Part shown: in pieces, positions 40,124 to 53,513 of the stretch | Position numbering within the stretch: the stretch's first letter is position 1 | Layout of the letters: each line of letters begins with the position of its first letter | DNA from: Sphagnum compactum | Taxonomy: Eukaryota | Direction: 5' to 3' | DNA: 64,000 nucleotides | NCBI GenBank assembly: GCA_965153455.1 | Contig: OZ234493.1 | Span: 9,848,213 to 9,912,212 of the forward strand | Notes under the pieces: generated by a model | Seen by the model: the letters and a program-made list of their open reading frames with translations, nothing else | Databases searched by the model: none | Told to the model about the DNA's origin: nothing | Translations under genes and position numbers: made by a program

Positions 40124-41709
40124 CTGTGCCATGATCCTAGCTGACTTCAAGTAGAGACTATCTACCACCTTGCTAATGATGGAAATAGTTTCAAGTCTTG
40201 ATGGGCAACTTCCATCACGTTTCACATCGTCAAAAGCAATGAGACATCCAGTCCCAAGTGGATTCAAAGTCCCTGCAAATCTCTTGCCGAGGATCAGAGA
40301 GCTTCTTTTCTACAGCATCAATGGGTAAGCTAATGAGCTCTGAAATGTGAGAGATTTCAACTTGGGAGAATGGCTCCATTGATGCAGATTCTGCTCCAAA
40401 AGTGTCATAGAGGAGGAAAGATGACAGTGCACAATAGGGTCCTGCTCAACTTGCTCTTGGAATGAATTTAAAGCCTCTGCAAAATCTGAGAGTGAGTGCT
40501 TGCTGTAAGCCTCAGCTACTGGTTTCATGGCATGACTCTCCATACCTGTCAATACTATCTCCACAATAAGTGACTATCATAGAGCTTGAATGTCCAAATG
40601 CAAGGCTGAAAGAAAAGGATCTTTCTGGACATTAACAGTATTTAGCACACACAACTCCAGCACCCACTGATGCAATGAATTCAAGCCTTTCAAGAAGATC
40701 AAAGGCACATATACTTGAGAAACAAGGTTACAACTGTGTTATGGAATTGTGGCATGACCATTGCTTTCGGTGTAGAGCTTATTCTATAGAGTGATAAGTA
40801 TTGTGAATTATGTTCTCAAGTTAATTGAAGAATGCAAATACATGGTACAACCTCCACAACCACTTCCCATGGAATCCAAGAAAGAATATTTTCAAGAGCA
40901 ACTAAAAATCTTAGGCAAAGAAAGGAGCAAATAAAAGAGCTGTGGCAAGCCAAGAAATAAGGACATGCAGAAGAGGAGAGAGACTCAGAGAGAGGGAGAG
41001 AGCAAAGACCAGGAAATTAAGTTCTGGGTTCAAGCAACTTATAGCTTGCCCCATCAGCAATTCAGTGTTACGTGGACTGCCGATCTTTCTCCTGACAATG
41101 GGCCCAACACAAAATTAACATTTTTCACATAAATGGATCAGGACCATCATTCAATATGAAAAGAAAAAGAACAGAAATTCCAAATCTATAGATACCCTAA
41201 ATCAATCTTTTGCACAAAGAGTTGTTTACAAACTGAACATTTTCAGCTATAATTAACGAAATTCTCCTCAGTACCCACATAAAACAAGACATTTCAGCAA
41301 TCATGTTGAGGGTTTTGCTGTGCAGGTCAAGTCTTGGAACTGAAACACAAACACCACACACTAAAGAGTAGGGAAGCTCTTGTTTCCATAGCAACAAAAT
41401 TGCCAGGAAAAAGGTCTTCTGCATTGAAATCCTCAACATGATTGCAACCCACTGGCCTGTATATTCCAATCCAGCTTGCAATGAAATGAGATTCCCCAAC
41501 ATCATCAGCTTGATTAGTTATAATCTTGCACAAAATCATATACTTGAGGCTGAAAACGGCACGTGGATTGTCCAGGGCATTGAAACCTTCTTGTAATCCT
41601 TTTCTTCGGCATGAAGAATCCCACTCTGGAGATCAATAGTCCATTGCTGAGGAGGGACGTAAATCGCATTAGCTGCAGTGCGGGCTGCAGTCAATTCTCT
41701 GGATGCCAT
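40124..41709 (-). pseudogene. RPN6: 26S proteasome lid subunit RPN6/PSMD11 pseudogene (C-terminal half, two exons)
   Basis: Exon ~41694-41457: [34 protein letters not shown] / [32 protein letters not shown]...AGLEYT. Exon 40545-40124: AMKPVAEAYSKHSL...EQDPIVHCHLSS...LLEQNL...FAGTL..GTGCLIAFDD...VVDSLYLKSARIMA. Several frameshifts; intron 40546-41456 retained. Confidence 0.92.
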
Positions 41710-44700
41710 CGCCACAAATCAATCCCCTGGCCAGACAAACCCACCTGCATACTTCCCTTTTTCCCTTCATTCCCTGCGGAGCTCCCTACCCTAAAATCAC
41801 AAACAGAATTTCGCTCTGCTGCAGAGACAGATATGACCTCCCTGCCCAAGCGAATATGTCCTTGAAAGATCAGTCTCTCTGTAAGAACTTCTACATCTCA
41901 TTTCTCTCTTTTTTCTCCCTCTTCCCTGTTTAGTTATTTTTGGGGCTTCTTTTTGTGTTCCTCTTACTTCATGGACCCCTCTGTTTTGCTTCTTCAATTT
42001 TAGCCCAGCATCATGACAGAGTCTTCCTGTTATTGCTGGTCTTGTGACAGAAACCCAGTACGTTTGTTAACATATTCTATTGACCTCTGCCCGCTGCAAG
42101 GATCTGATGAAGATCATCGGAGGTAATGGTTGCTTGTCACTAGGTCACCACCATACTTGTCGCTGACGTTTGAAAGGTTTAGGGTTTACAGATGTGTGCC
42201 TGTGTCACTGTTGTTTAAAAAAGCTCCTCAGTTTTTTTGGCTTTTCTTTCTGTTCTTTAGAGTTGGGTCTCCTCCCTTTCCTGTTCCATGATATCTTATC
42301 ACATCTGAAATCTCTATAACCCTATTGTCAGGAATTCATGTTGATTTAGATCAATTGTTGAATCAATTGTCTGATGTTATTTGTGGGCGACTGTCATAGT
42401 GAGTCAGATGGTGGGCGCAGGTTCATTTCAAGAGGGATAAACAATTTCACCTCTCACTTGCCATCTGAACAAGCTCCTCCAATTCTCACAACCAAAACTG
42501 ATCACTGTATGTGTTTCTTTTGCTCACTTCATATTCACTATGTTGTACCCTAGCCAGAATTGTGAAGAATGTTGTAGTTTTCTCAGATGGGCAATACTTC
42601 TAGCCTGTGCGATCTACTGAAGAAGTCAGCCTGCCTTATGACTATTTGAGTTATAGCTTGAGCTAACCTTTTTGTTCTACATGGCCATGCAGTGTATTTT
42701 CCTACTGTGCAAGTGCTCATGAAAAATTGTGCAAGTGTGAATGGCAGAGAATCTAATGGAGGATACTTTTGTTCTCAAGTGGCACATTTTGTGTGGAATA
42801 TTGACCAGGTTCTACTCACTATAAGTTCTCGGTTTGCATCTCGTTTAAGCTTCTTCTATTTTGACAGTGCTTCTGCTTGAAATTTAACTTCAACTGCAAT
42901 GCCATTGTCCATCATTGGATATCCGGGTGTAGTATGCTGAGGCCCTATATTATAGGTTTTTCGTTGATGTTTGTGCTGGAATATGTCCTTTTATTGCCAG
43001 ATTCATGTCCCCATCAGTAGCTTTCAAGTTGCCAGATAAACAGTAAAGACAATTATCTGCTGTTGTGTTACAGCAGACACGGGATGGCGAGTTGAATAGC
43101 AAAGCAAAGGAGCAATGACCCATCTCCAGTCTTGATGGTTATATGGTTGTTGCAATTCTTCTGAAATTGTTGTATGCAGAAGCCTGGTCTCTTTTCTCTA
43201 AATCTTATGCTCTATTGGTCTGGGCTTTTCAGAGTGCTCCTCCTCCAGATCTGAGCTGAAAGGATAATTTTAGGGTGCAGGAGGCCCCAATCACTACCCT
43301 CTATATAGTAGGCCTCTCTCCAGATGTTCACTTTTATAGGGACAAACAAATGTGAAATGAGGCTTATTCTCACAAGCTTGTTGCAGCTTGAATAAGGATA
43401 CCTTAATGACTTTTTTCATTAGCTATGTCTACAGAGTGCCAGCCAACATCATCACTAAGTCTTCCTATTGCTTCTGGAAATTTGACAGAAATTCAGGATG
43501 AGGATGTTGTATAATGGGTTGTCCATATTTTGGGCTGACTATTGATTAGTTGTCTACACCCAACAATTGGGAGCTGATGATTGTTGACTACGAGCATATA
43601 TTTAGAATATATTTTATTTTTTTCAATTTTAATAGAATATTCTTTTATTTTTTTTCAACTATTTCATAAGATATAAAAAAAATTTCCCTTTATTTCATGT
43701 GTTTCATAAAATATACAAAGAATGACTTCTTGAGGGTCATGACCCAGCAGCTTGTCACAAATTAGAAAGTAACCAGACAACGATGAGTGCAATCACAACC
43801 TAAAGAGGGAGAGGCCAAATCATGGGGTGAATGTGCTAACCACAATGGTATTGCATGCCCCAATGTGTAAGTTGTTCCACATCATCTTGGCATTCTTTTC
43901 TCATTGTAGGCTGCAGTGATAGCTTGAAGGCACATCCGGCTTGCTAGTCTGCAGTGTTTTCTTGATCTAAATAGAAAATCAGTTATATAGGAAGCTAAGA
44001 AAATGAAAAATTGGTAAATGAGTACCACATGCAGTTGCACTCTTAGAGCTAAGGTCACATAGCTGGATTGTGGCAATGGGAAATATAAACTTGTGGTCAC
44101 ATGTCATTGCCTGCTTTGTAAACAGAAAGATGTGTTTGCAAACTGCAAGTTTTTGCTCCCTATTTTTTCTGGAAACCGTAGGCCTTTCTTGGTCCACTAA
44201 GGTTTTTGCTCTGAAACCCAAGATCAAATTGAAGATGCCAAAGTTCGCAACAGCAAATGAGGTATCCAAATTGAGGTTCAGCATTTGTTACCAGAAATTT
44301 GTGTGGGTTGCTGCTTCCTATGAAAAGTATTTCTCCAATTTGGTTATTTCCAGGAAAGTTTTTTTGTTCTAAGTCGTAGAGACTGAATTTTACTTTCAAT
44401 CCACTTTACAGATGTGCATGACCTGCACATCTTGCTCACAGTTCTTCAAACACTCATGTTGCCATACTTTGGGCAAAAAAGGTGATCTAAGATCTGGGTC
44501 TGCAATGTTTAGTTGGTTTTTGCAGTTATGTGGCTGAATGCATAAGTTTGGCCTGTAAAAATGCTTATCAAACTGCAACACCTCCAGATCAAGGCTAGAA
44601 GGTACCAACTTACCTGCTTTAAATTCCCATCTTCAATGCCTCAGAAGAAATTTTAATCCCAAATTTTTTAATTTTTCTTTCCTTGGAATCTGTTTCCCCT

Positions 44701-45950
44701 GATAAATAGTCACTTACTATCTGAGGAATAATTGTTTAAAACACAACATTGCAGGGCTAATTTTTCCTTTTTGTTTGTTCCACTTTTTCCACTTTATTCT
44801 CAAAATTTGGACAAGTTCCTCTGTCTCCTTTTGTGTCTGAAAAGGAATTTAACTACAAGAAAGAAAATTTGAATGTGTAAGAAAGCTTTACTACTGTGCT
44901 GCTGACATGCATGTTGTATATGATACTTTCTATGAAGATTGCCGATTGCATGAATGAAGGTTTGCTGCCATCTTTAACCAAGTATTTGCTCCACTTCCAT
45001 CTCGTTATAAATTAATCTAACATTGAGAGTCTTGATGACACTTTTTGTCACATTGCTCGTGGCCCATGCAAATTGAATTATTTGTAAGGTGGTTGAAGTA
45101 GCATGCTATTGGGGTAGGTTTGTTGCAGCTTTGTTCCTATAGAAACCAAATCCACCTTTGTAACCAATACCAAAGTGGGATTTGAAAGAAATAATGATGT
45201 TGAAGTTAACATTTTTGTTCCATCTTCAATTTCAAATCATTTTGTTTTAAATATTTTAAAACACATCTATTCAATATTGATCTCAAAAAGACCAATTTAG
45301 ATATCTAATGGACTTTACATGTTTGTGATTATCAAAGTTTTATTTTAAATCTTAAAAATCTTTTATTTTTCTTATTTGATTTTGTCATCTTAAGTGTTAT
45401 TATATTTCAAAGTGTAGTCAGCCAAAGACCTTGTAGGGATGTGAACAAGGTTCATAATCATTTGATTGAATATTGATATTTTATGTGTAAAAATTTCAAA
45501 TTTGGAAAGATTAAAATATAAGTTCTAGTTTCTTGTTTCATTTAAAAAAAAAATTCAAAATGAATTTGAATTGTCATTAACCTAAATTTTTTGCCTCTAT
45601 GACTTTGATGAAAATCTATTATAATGTGCTTTTGCCAAATCAAAACATATTCATTTGAAATATGATGACAAAAACATATTTCCACAATGCTAGGCTAAAC
45701 CTTTGTTGTCTGGCCATACGGATTTAAATCCATATGGCTTAATTTACTGAATATTTAGCCACTAGCTAAGGGTGCACTGTAAATCAGGATTAAATGAGTT
45801 TATTACTATGTAACCCAAATCAAGAACAAGAGGGCTTATACACCCTTAACTCATCCAAAAGATTGTTTCAAAACAAAATATCTTCACAAGACATGTATAT
45901 CAAAATCAATGTAACCAGGAGAGCATTTGTGAAATTGACAACAGACAATA

Positions 45951-46204
45951 TTGTAGCCTAGGGTCAGTTTCCACATTGACAAAAGGAATTTAATTTTTTA
46001 CCTCAAAAAATGAATTCGTTTTTTAATTTTTTAATTATATGTTTTTCCATCATCTATTACTATATTGTGATATGAGTAGTGAAATTATTCAAAGTTTAGC
46101 CTACAATTATGATGATTTTCAGCATGCCAATTTCATATTTTCACAAAATTCATTTCATTATTTTGAGGATTATTTAATGATGAAACTAACTTTAGGGTAA
46201 GGTA
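45951..46204. mobile_element. Family F3 copy
   Basis: Colinear with 6308-6568; IR ctagggtcagtttc / gaaactaactttag. Confidence 0.7.
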
Positions 46205-46443
46205 AATTGGAAATATGAATAATTGAAAGAAGAAAAAATTATGAGAAGCTATAAATGTATATTTCCTTGACTCAATGCTCAAAAAGATTTAATATTTTTA
46301 ATTTTGGAGGCCAAATTACCACATATGGTTCAAAATGCCAACATGCACAAACAAATGGATAGCTTTTAAACAAAACCTTTTAATCAAATTGTGTGTTCTC
46401 TTGAAAAAAACCACCAATGGGAGTTCAATTCAACATTCATTCA

Positions 46444-47227
46444 AGGTGAAAGCATATTACGAGTGAATCATTTTTGTTAAAAATATGGTTTATAACAATT
46501 ATCATAGTATGTAATAAGCTATATTTTGGTGGCATTATTTGATAATCATAAACATAAGAAAAAAATTTAAATGTGCATGACAACATTATGAAACCCGAAA
46601 TTCATTATGAATTAAATTAAATTTTGATTCAATATTTAAATGAAGAGGATTGAATAAAATCAATGTACAAACAATATACAATTTATAGTTTTTCAATGGT
46701 CATAGGGCTCATGTTTGTGATTCATTATCAAACAAAAGAAAAACGAAAAAATAATATAACATGCCCAACTACAATTTTTTTTTCTTTTTCATATGGTGAC
46801 GGTTTTGTTTTGAAATGAAAAGATTATTATGCATTTGTTGTTCAAAGAACGAAGAAAAAACATTTTTTGAATGAATTTTCAACCAAAAAAAATAAAATTG
46901 AAATGGTCATAATTCCATTTTTGTATATCAATATCATTAACCAAATATAAATCCCACCAATAACTTTAATTTTGAACTATATATATGCAATAAATTTAAA
47001 ACTTTGTGATGGGTATTATTTTGTCAAATATATTTTATATGTTCAAAATTTTCAATGTTTATAACGGATTAAAAAAATCAAATAATTTAATTTTAAAACT
47101 AATAAAATATACTTAAATTAAAGAATAATAACTCAAAATGTGATGTTGATACATTGCAAAAAAATAATTACAAAAACATTATACGTGCAATTAAAATTTT
47201 CAAAAGGCATGTAATGTGCTTTCACCT
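46444..47227. mobile_element. MITE with AGGTGAAAGCA termini and 4-bp TSD
   Basis: Ends aggtgaaagcatattac / gtaatgtgctttcacct; flanks ttca/ttta; interior matches 27200-27850. Confidence 0.8.
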
Positions 47228-50200
47228 TTTAGATTTTAGTTAATTTTCAGCAATCTTTGTTTTTCTTTTCATTTACACATTGCAACTTCAGGAATTATGT
47301 GACCTAGCGCACCATCCACTATTCAAACTCAAGTCAAAACCTGTAACTAGGAGCCAAAGGGATTACTTTGAAAAAGGATTACACGTCCTTTTTCCCAAAA
47401 AATTTTTTACATGCAAATGAATTTTTGAATGAAATTTTTTGTAACTTATTCTAAAAAAAATTTAAATGTTCCCCAATGCATCACATTTTTTTGTTAGTCA
47501 TTATTGAATAGATATGAATTTTTAATCATGTGCATATTCCTTATAAATTTAATGTTTCATCTTAAAAAATGATCAGAATTTTAAATCATCACCAAAAATA
47601 AAAATTTCACATTCTTTAGTTTTATTATACTCTAAGCTATAACTTTTCTTCGTACATCATGTACATTATAACCCATTTATATGTGGTAAAAAATTCTTGA
47701 AACTTAAGAATTTTGAAATTAAAATTCCACATTTTTAAAAGCATGAGTGCTTTTTGAGTGTGGTTAATATGTTTTTATCATCTATATTTTTTTCATTGAA
47801 AATTATTTTATTATATGAGTCCTTTTAATAGTCCTTTGCAAAATTGACTCCATCTAATGCAATAGGTGTACATTTTCAAACGTCCTAAATTAAAACTAAA
47901 AATTAAAATTAGTTCAAATGATTTTTCACTTTAAGTTTTTTAACATTCATATGAGAGAAAACTGACTGATTTGCCATGATTACTATGGTTTAAAATGACA
48001 ATAAAAAAATAAATGTTTGATTTTGACTAATTATGTCTAACACTCGACGCCCGTTTTGGCTCTTAATTATGTGTTTTGACCCACCCATAAAGACTTAATT
48101 GAATATGAACCATAATAAGGTTACCATGGTTCCACCTTAGTAAGCTATCTTGTAACCCTTCCCACTTAACCTATGGGTCCACGCATGATAAAATATGCCA
48201 AAAAAATAGTCTTAAAAAAAAAAAATTTAAAAAAGAATTTTTTAAAAACATTAACGTTAAAAAAGATATTAAAAACCAATTTAAATTACTAATTGAACAT
48301 TTCATTGAGTTTATTGTAAGTTGCACATGAAATTTGAAGAATTTATGTATAAAAAAAATGGATGAAAAATATGTTTTAAACTGGCTAATTATTCAAATTT
48401 TCCAAAAACATTTTACATTAAAATTCAATAGATTTATGACTAGAATATGAATAGTTGAAATTATATCCTTACACATTAGGCCTTCATCAACTTGAAAATA
48501 TAATAATAATAATTTATGTTGTACTTTCATGTACTTGTAGTTCAATTTTGCAAAACTATAACATGTACTTTTGGTACTTGCATTTCAAAAAAAAAAATTT
48601 AAATGCATATTAAAACACGTGTTAATTCAATATTATAATGAAGTCAAAGACCTTATAATTGTTGACCTGAAAGGGACACTTAATGTAAAATTTGAAACTT
48701 ACGTGCGTCAAATGACCATTTTTAGGGGGTATTAGGTAATTGTCCAACCTATTTTTTATCACCCTATTATTATCTAATTTTTGAATATATACATATTAAA
48801 TTAACCTTATATTAATTATAATCTATTATTTGAAATTATTACATACCTTATATTATAATTAAATTGATTATTTGAATAAAAGATACCCTATTTTTAACTA
48901 ATTGATTTATAATTCTTACCAATAACTAATATATTGCACCTTATATTTTTACTCATGTGTTTTTTACTTTTTATTTATTTATTAATATCCCCTTGAGATC
49001 ATTCATCATTGATTTAATAATATATGGATTTAATATATTAAAAATATATTTCATGAATACTTTCCAAAGAAAACAAGTGTCTCCAATATAGCATACTTTA
49101 CCATGCTTATGCCCCTATCTTGTAGACCTTCATAGTTAACCTTGTGCACCACCTAGATAATTACCTATGCCAATGGACAAGTATAATAAGGTGGTAAGTA
49201 AGAATTATAAGTGGTACTATGTAGGTAGGTAAGTAGGTAAGGCACTAGGTGCCTACTAAGTATGTAAATGCTTGTGGATGCTGAGTACATGGTGGTTAGC
49301 TACTAGACAACAGGACCATGAAAAGGATTTTCATTGTCCGCACACCATCCATCTTGCATAGAGCGTCCTTGGGCTGTTGTTTGCAAAAGCTATAGCCCTA
49401 AGTTCATTTGTGGCCTCTTCTTAAGTCAAGGATACAATGGTAATTGTTGCATATCAACTCAAAAGAATTTGAGAAGTGGAGAGTAGGAAAGTCTAAAGTC
49501 TCAAACAGTGGACACGTTAATTCCAATGCATTCAAAGTTGAAAGTTCAAATCTATGAATGTTCAAGTGTTAAGTTACAGAACCGAGTATTCAAGTAACCT
49601 AGTGCTTGAACTTCTTGAGTGATTAGTTGGGTGGGTGACTTAGAGATAAAACTAAGTTCCTATACTTAGGGCTAGTTTCAATATGTGAGTATCCAAAATT
49701 GGTTGGCTTTGAGTTGCTTTGGGTGTTTTTCACACCATGACTTGTTGCAAAATTCAGGTAGATGATTTAGCAACAAAACTCTGGCCCCACAAACCATTTG
49801 CAACTCCTGTTTTTTGGGACTCGAAGTGCAGGTTGGAGGTGTGAGTATGGTAGAGGATCCCCCTTTGGAATTACTACAACAGATGCTAATAACTTGCTTG
49901 GTTACATTGTAGAATAAGAAAAACTTGGTCACATGACTCATGACACGCTTTTGCACGAGCACATGATTTGAATCACAGAAATCAAGCCCATATACGATGG
50001 ATGCCACATGACATACAAGTGGACCCTTGCAAGGTGATTTTTTCAATCCATGCAAACCTTGTGGGATTTAACTATATGTCTAAGTTCTTTATTTGAAAGA
50101 AAAAAAATTCCATGATGTGATCTAATGTAAGACAAGGCGTAATAATGGATATAAATTTGGTTGAAAATTACTCTGTATATTATTTCTATTTGGATACAAT

Positions 50201-51807
50201 TTAAAATGTGTTGGCTGGAAAGGGTAGTCTTCTTTCAAGCGTGCATGGCTACAAAAAGGAGTGCTGCACATCTCAAGATTATGTATGCTTCATTGAATAG
50301 TAGGCACCTATTATCTATCCTTCCTACCTACTTACTTATTACCTACCAGGTCTCTATCCTTTGTTCATGATTGGTTACCAAACTGAAACCCAGCACCAAC
50401 TCAGTTGGGGTTTTGCCCACAACTGAGCCCTAACAGGCTGAAGTCCAATGGATGGCCCCTTCCTACTAGCATGTACAAAGTGTGGCAAAAAAATGTAACA
50501 AAATCTAAATCATTGCAGGTCATTAATAAAGAAAGAAACTACATCTATGCATTTTGTTGGGGTTGATTCACTCTCTGCAAAGTCACAGGCCTGTGCATGG
50601 GATTCAAAGTTCAGCAAAGGATATGAACTGCAAAATTGCAAATCCATTGCAAAGTCTCAATTCAACAAAGCTAAGTGCATGTGTGTACATTCAATGCAAA
50701 AAATGTCAGACCTACAAGTCACTATGTGGAGTTCAAGTTCTGATGGCTCTTCTTTAAACCCTTACACAAACTTCCAATTTCTGGTCAGGAAGAGCAAAGA
50801 AACATGCATGCATGTCCAAACACCTGCACTGTAAATCCCTTTGCAAGGAAGTTGATTACAAGAAAGAAAAGTGCAAGCAAAAAGGTGAAACAAGTAGAGA
50901 GGTTTCCATGTATCTAGCTATCCAGTTCAAGTTCTCTTGATCATGGGGATAGTCATATAACTTCACACAACTTCCATTAATCAATCAAGTGAAAAGCCTA
51001 ATGGAATTCCAGACACTAGAGCAAAAAGAGATGTTCAGATGGTATCTGGAAATTGTAAATCAGTTTCCAGAATATTAGTACCAATTCAAGAAAGCAAAAT
51101 TCATTCAACATTCTGAAAAGACGAAAAGTGCTGTACGTCATGTAGATGGGCTCACCTGGGTTTTGAAGTTCAAGCTCTGATGATATTCCCCTTATACCTA
51201 CGAGCTCACATAATGTTCACACTCAATTAGAACTTCCACTTGGACATATCACTCAACGTCATGAAACTCCAGAGCCCAGTAAGAGAAAAAGAAAGAATCA
51301 TGCAGTTTGTGTGTAGGATATATGCAACATTTTCTGATGACCCATGCAAGGCACAAAACAACAGAGATAGATACATAGATTCGAGACCCAGGGTTACATG
51401 ACACTTCATAACCTGAAGTTGTCGACAACCTCCGGGTAGACTGTGTTCATAAACTGGCCCTAAGCTACAAGCCGCCACACTGGCTGGAAGACACAGCCAG
51501 GGTTTGTGCAGAGAGAACTGCATGTATGGTATACCAAAAACAGTTTAGTCAGGCTACTCTCTGCTGCTGATCATCCTCAGAAGAGCAGGTAGACTACAAA
51601 AAATCTCCTGCATCCACAGCTACCAACTTCACACCCATTTCACAAGTACCACCATCCCAGGAACCATGAAACAGCCATGACAACAAACAATGTGGAACTT
51701 AGTTGAGGAGAAAACCAGTTCAAACGCTCCAACTGGTTTACTCCCAAGCTGGGGGTTGGCTGTTTGTTTGCCTCTCATGTCCACACTGCACAGCATGAGA
51801 ATGAAGA

Positions 51808-52521
51808 TCAAGTGTAAGTCCACTTGGAGATGTCGTACTCTTCTCCACTGGCTTGTGCCACAGCGTAATTGAGAGCTGCACGTAACAATTCAATCCTTTC
51901 CGGAGTATAGACCCTAGGATTGGACAGGGTTACGGTAGGATCGTCCTTCACAGCTTTCATCTTGCATTCCACAGAGCAAAACGAGACTGTGCAGCGATCA
52001 GTGTTTAGGATCTTTGGGCACTTCAGGCACGGGATGAAGGGTCCCAGTGATCTTTCAGGGCTGCTTCCTCGCGGCTGACCTCCACGGCGCGGTGTGCGTC
52101 CTCCGCGCTTGTTGTTCTTTTTCCCAATTTCCTTGGATGCGTTTTGTTTCTTGCCAGCTGCTGCTGCTGCAGCGGGCTCTTGGCTGTATAGAAACATGAT
52201 GAGGGAGTCTTCGCAACCGAATTTGTAGTACGACTGGACCCCGGAAACATCCGCTAGAGCCTGTAAGGCGTTGGCTTCCAGCACAGGTTTGTGGTCGAAT
52301 TGGCGCATGCGAAGGAGTTCATGTGTGAAATGAGCTCGATTCTCCTCGAAGTCCCCTCTAAGAACACACGGCTTTCTGCAATCGATGCAGAACGCATGGC
52401 TGCTCCAGCTGCGACCGCAGTCGCACTTGCCCGCTGCGTTACCGGTGAAGAGGTCCGGCAACCACTCTGGTCCACTTCGGCCTTCCAGTGAACTGGGAAG
52501 AATCATCGTCGAGCTAGACAT
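51808..52521 (-). CDS. Divergent PLATZ-family zinc-dependent DNA-binding protein, 237 aa, single coding exon
   Basis: PEWL..L...C...FCIDC...H..HELLRMR......V.....LQ.L.DVSGVQSY...MFL and C-x2-C...FCS.ECK follow the PLATZ domain layout. Acceptor tgtctag lies just upstream of the ATG; non-coding first-exon donor atcg|gtaag at 53075. Confidence 0.85.
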   Translation of the reverse strand: MSSSTMILPSSLEGRSGPEWLPDLFTGNAAGKCDCGRSWSSHAFCIDCRKPCVLRGDFEENRAHFTHELLRMRQFDHKPVLEANALQALADVSGVQSYYKFGCEDSLIMFLYSQEPAAAAAAGKKQNASKEIGKKNNKRGGRTPRRGGQPRGSSPERSLGPFIPCLKCPKILNTDRCTVSFCSVECKMKAVKDDPTVTLSNPRVYTPERIELLRAALNYAVAQASGEEYDISKWTYT

Positions 52522-53075
52522 TGTAAAAAAAACCTAGACACATGGGATGCAGCACACAAAGATTTAGATGCCAAAGCGCAGTAGACGGAACACTAGATCT
52601 CCGAAGCACCTGCAGCGAGAGTCTAGGTCTCGATCCTGACAATATCTGTGGTTACTACTCTCACTGCAATATCCTCATGCCGCAGCCACAATGCAGACAG
52701 ACACAGAGCGATTGTGACACCACCCCCTGCAAGAAGCCACATATATGGTGGACCTGCAAACTGTGGAATGATCGAGCTCATAAGGAATACACGCGGTCAT
52801 GACACATACCGTATACCTATGCTATTCCTCATCCAGCACTCACCCAGCTGCAGTTCACACTGCCACCACCTCTCACTTTTAAAACAACAACAATGTATAC
52901 TCCTCAAGCTGAAAATATGCAGACTTCAGTAACAATTGCAACACTGCAAAACAGAGAACACTTGAAATTGTTAAAAGATCTGACCATGCAATCTCAGCAA
53001 ATACAGCTTCTATAGCGAAGATGCACTGCTGTATACATATATGTAAGTCTTCACAACCTTAGGAATGTCTCTTAC

Positions 53076-53320
53076 CGATCACGACTCCTCTGAAACTGTA
53101 GGATGAAGACGAAGACGATCGCTGCACTGAAGAAGAAGAAGAAGACCATGGGAAAACAAGGGCCCGACACAAGCCCTATGTCCTCTTTCCGCGCCGCCGA
53201 GCCTCCTGCCCATCACGCCACATTGAGAGGCGAGACCCTCGACCCGCCCCAACCCGCCCATGCACCCAGCCCTTTTTCTCAAGCCCATATCCAAGGGCCC
53301 TGGATTTTTCTATATTAAAT
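53076..53320 (-). promoter_or_regulatory. Non-coding first exon and core promoter of the PLATZ gene
   Basis: CT-rich leader, GC-rich block and TATA-like element (~53310), all conserved in the duplicate at 61963-62197. Confidence 0.55.
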
Positions 53321-53513
53321 ATTGCAAGAACGAAGGGCAAAGATTTTTTCCTGGGAATTGAATTTTTTTAAGAATAAATTTTGACCTGTATTTCCTTCTT
53401 TTCGTAACTAGAAAAACATTTTTATGACAACTGAGGAGGTTGTATTGAGTGTTATTTGCTTGTGGTATTTTAGACTTTAAACCTACCCAAAATGCTAACA
53501 TGCCTCTTTTAAA

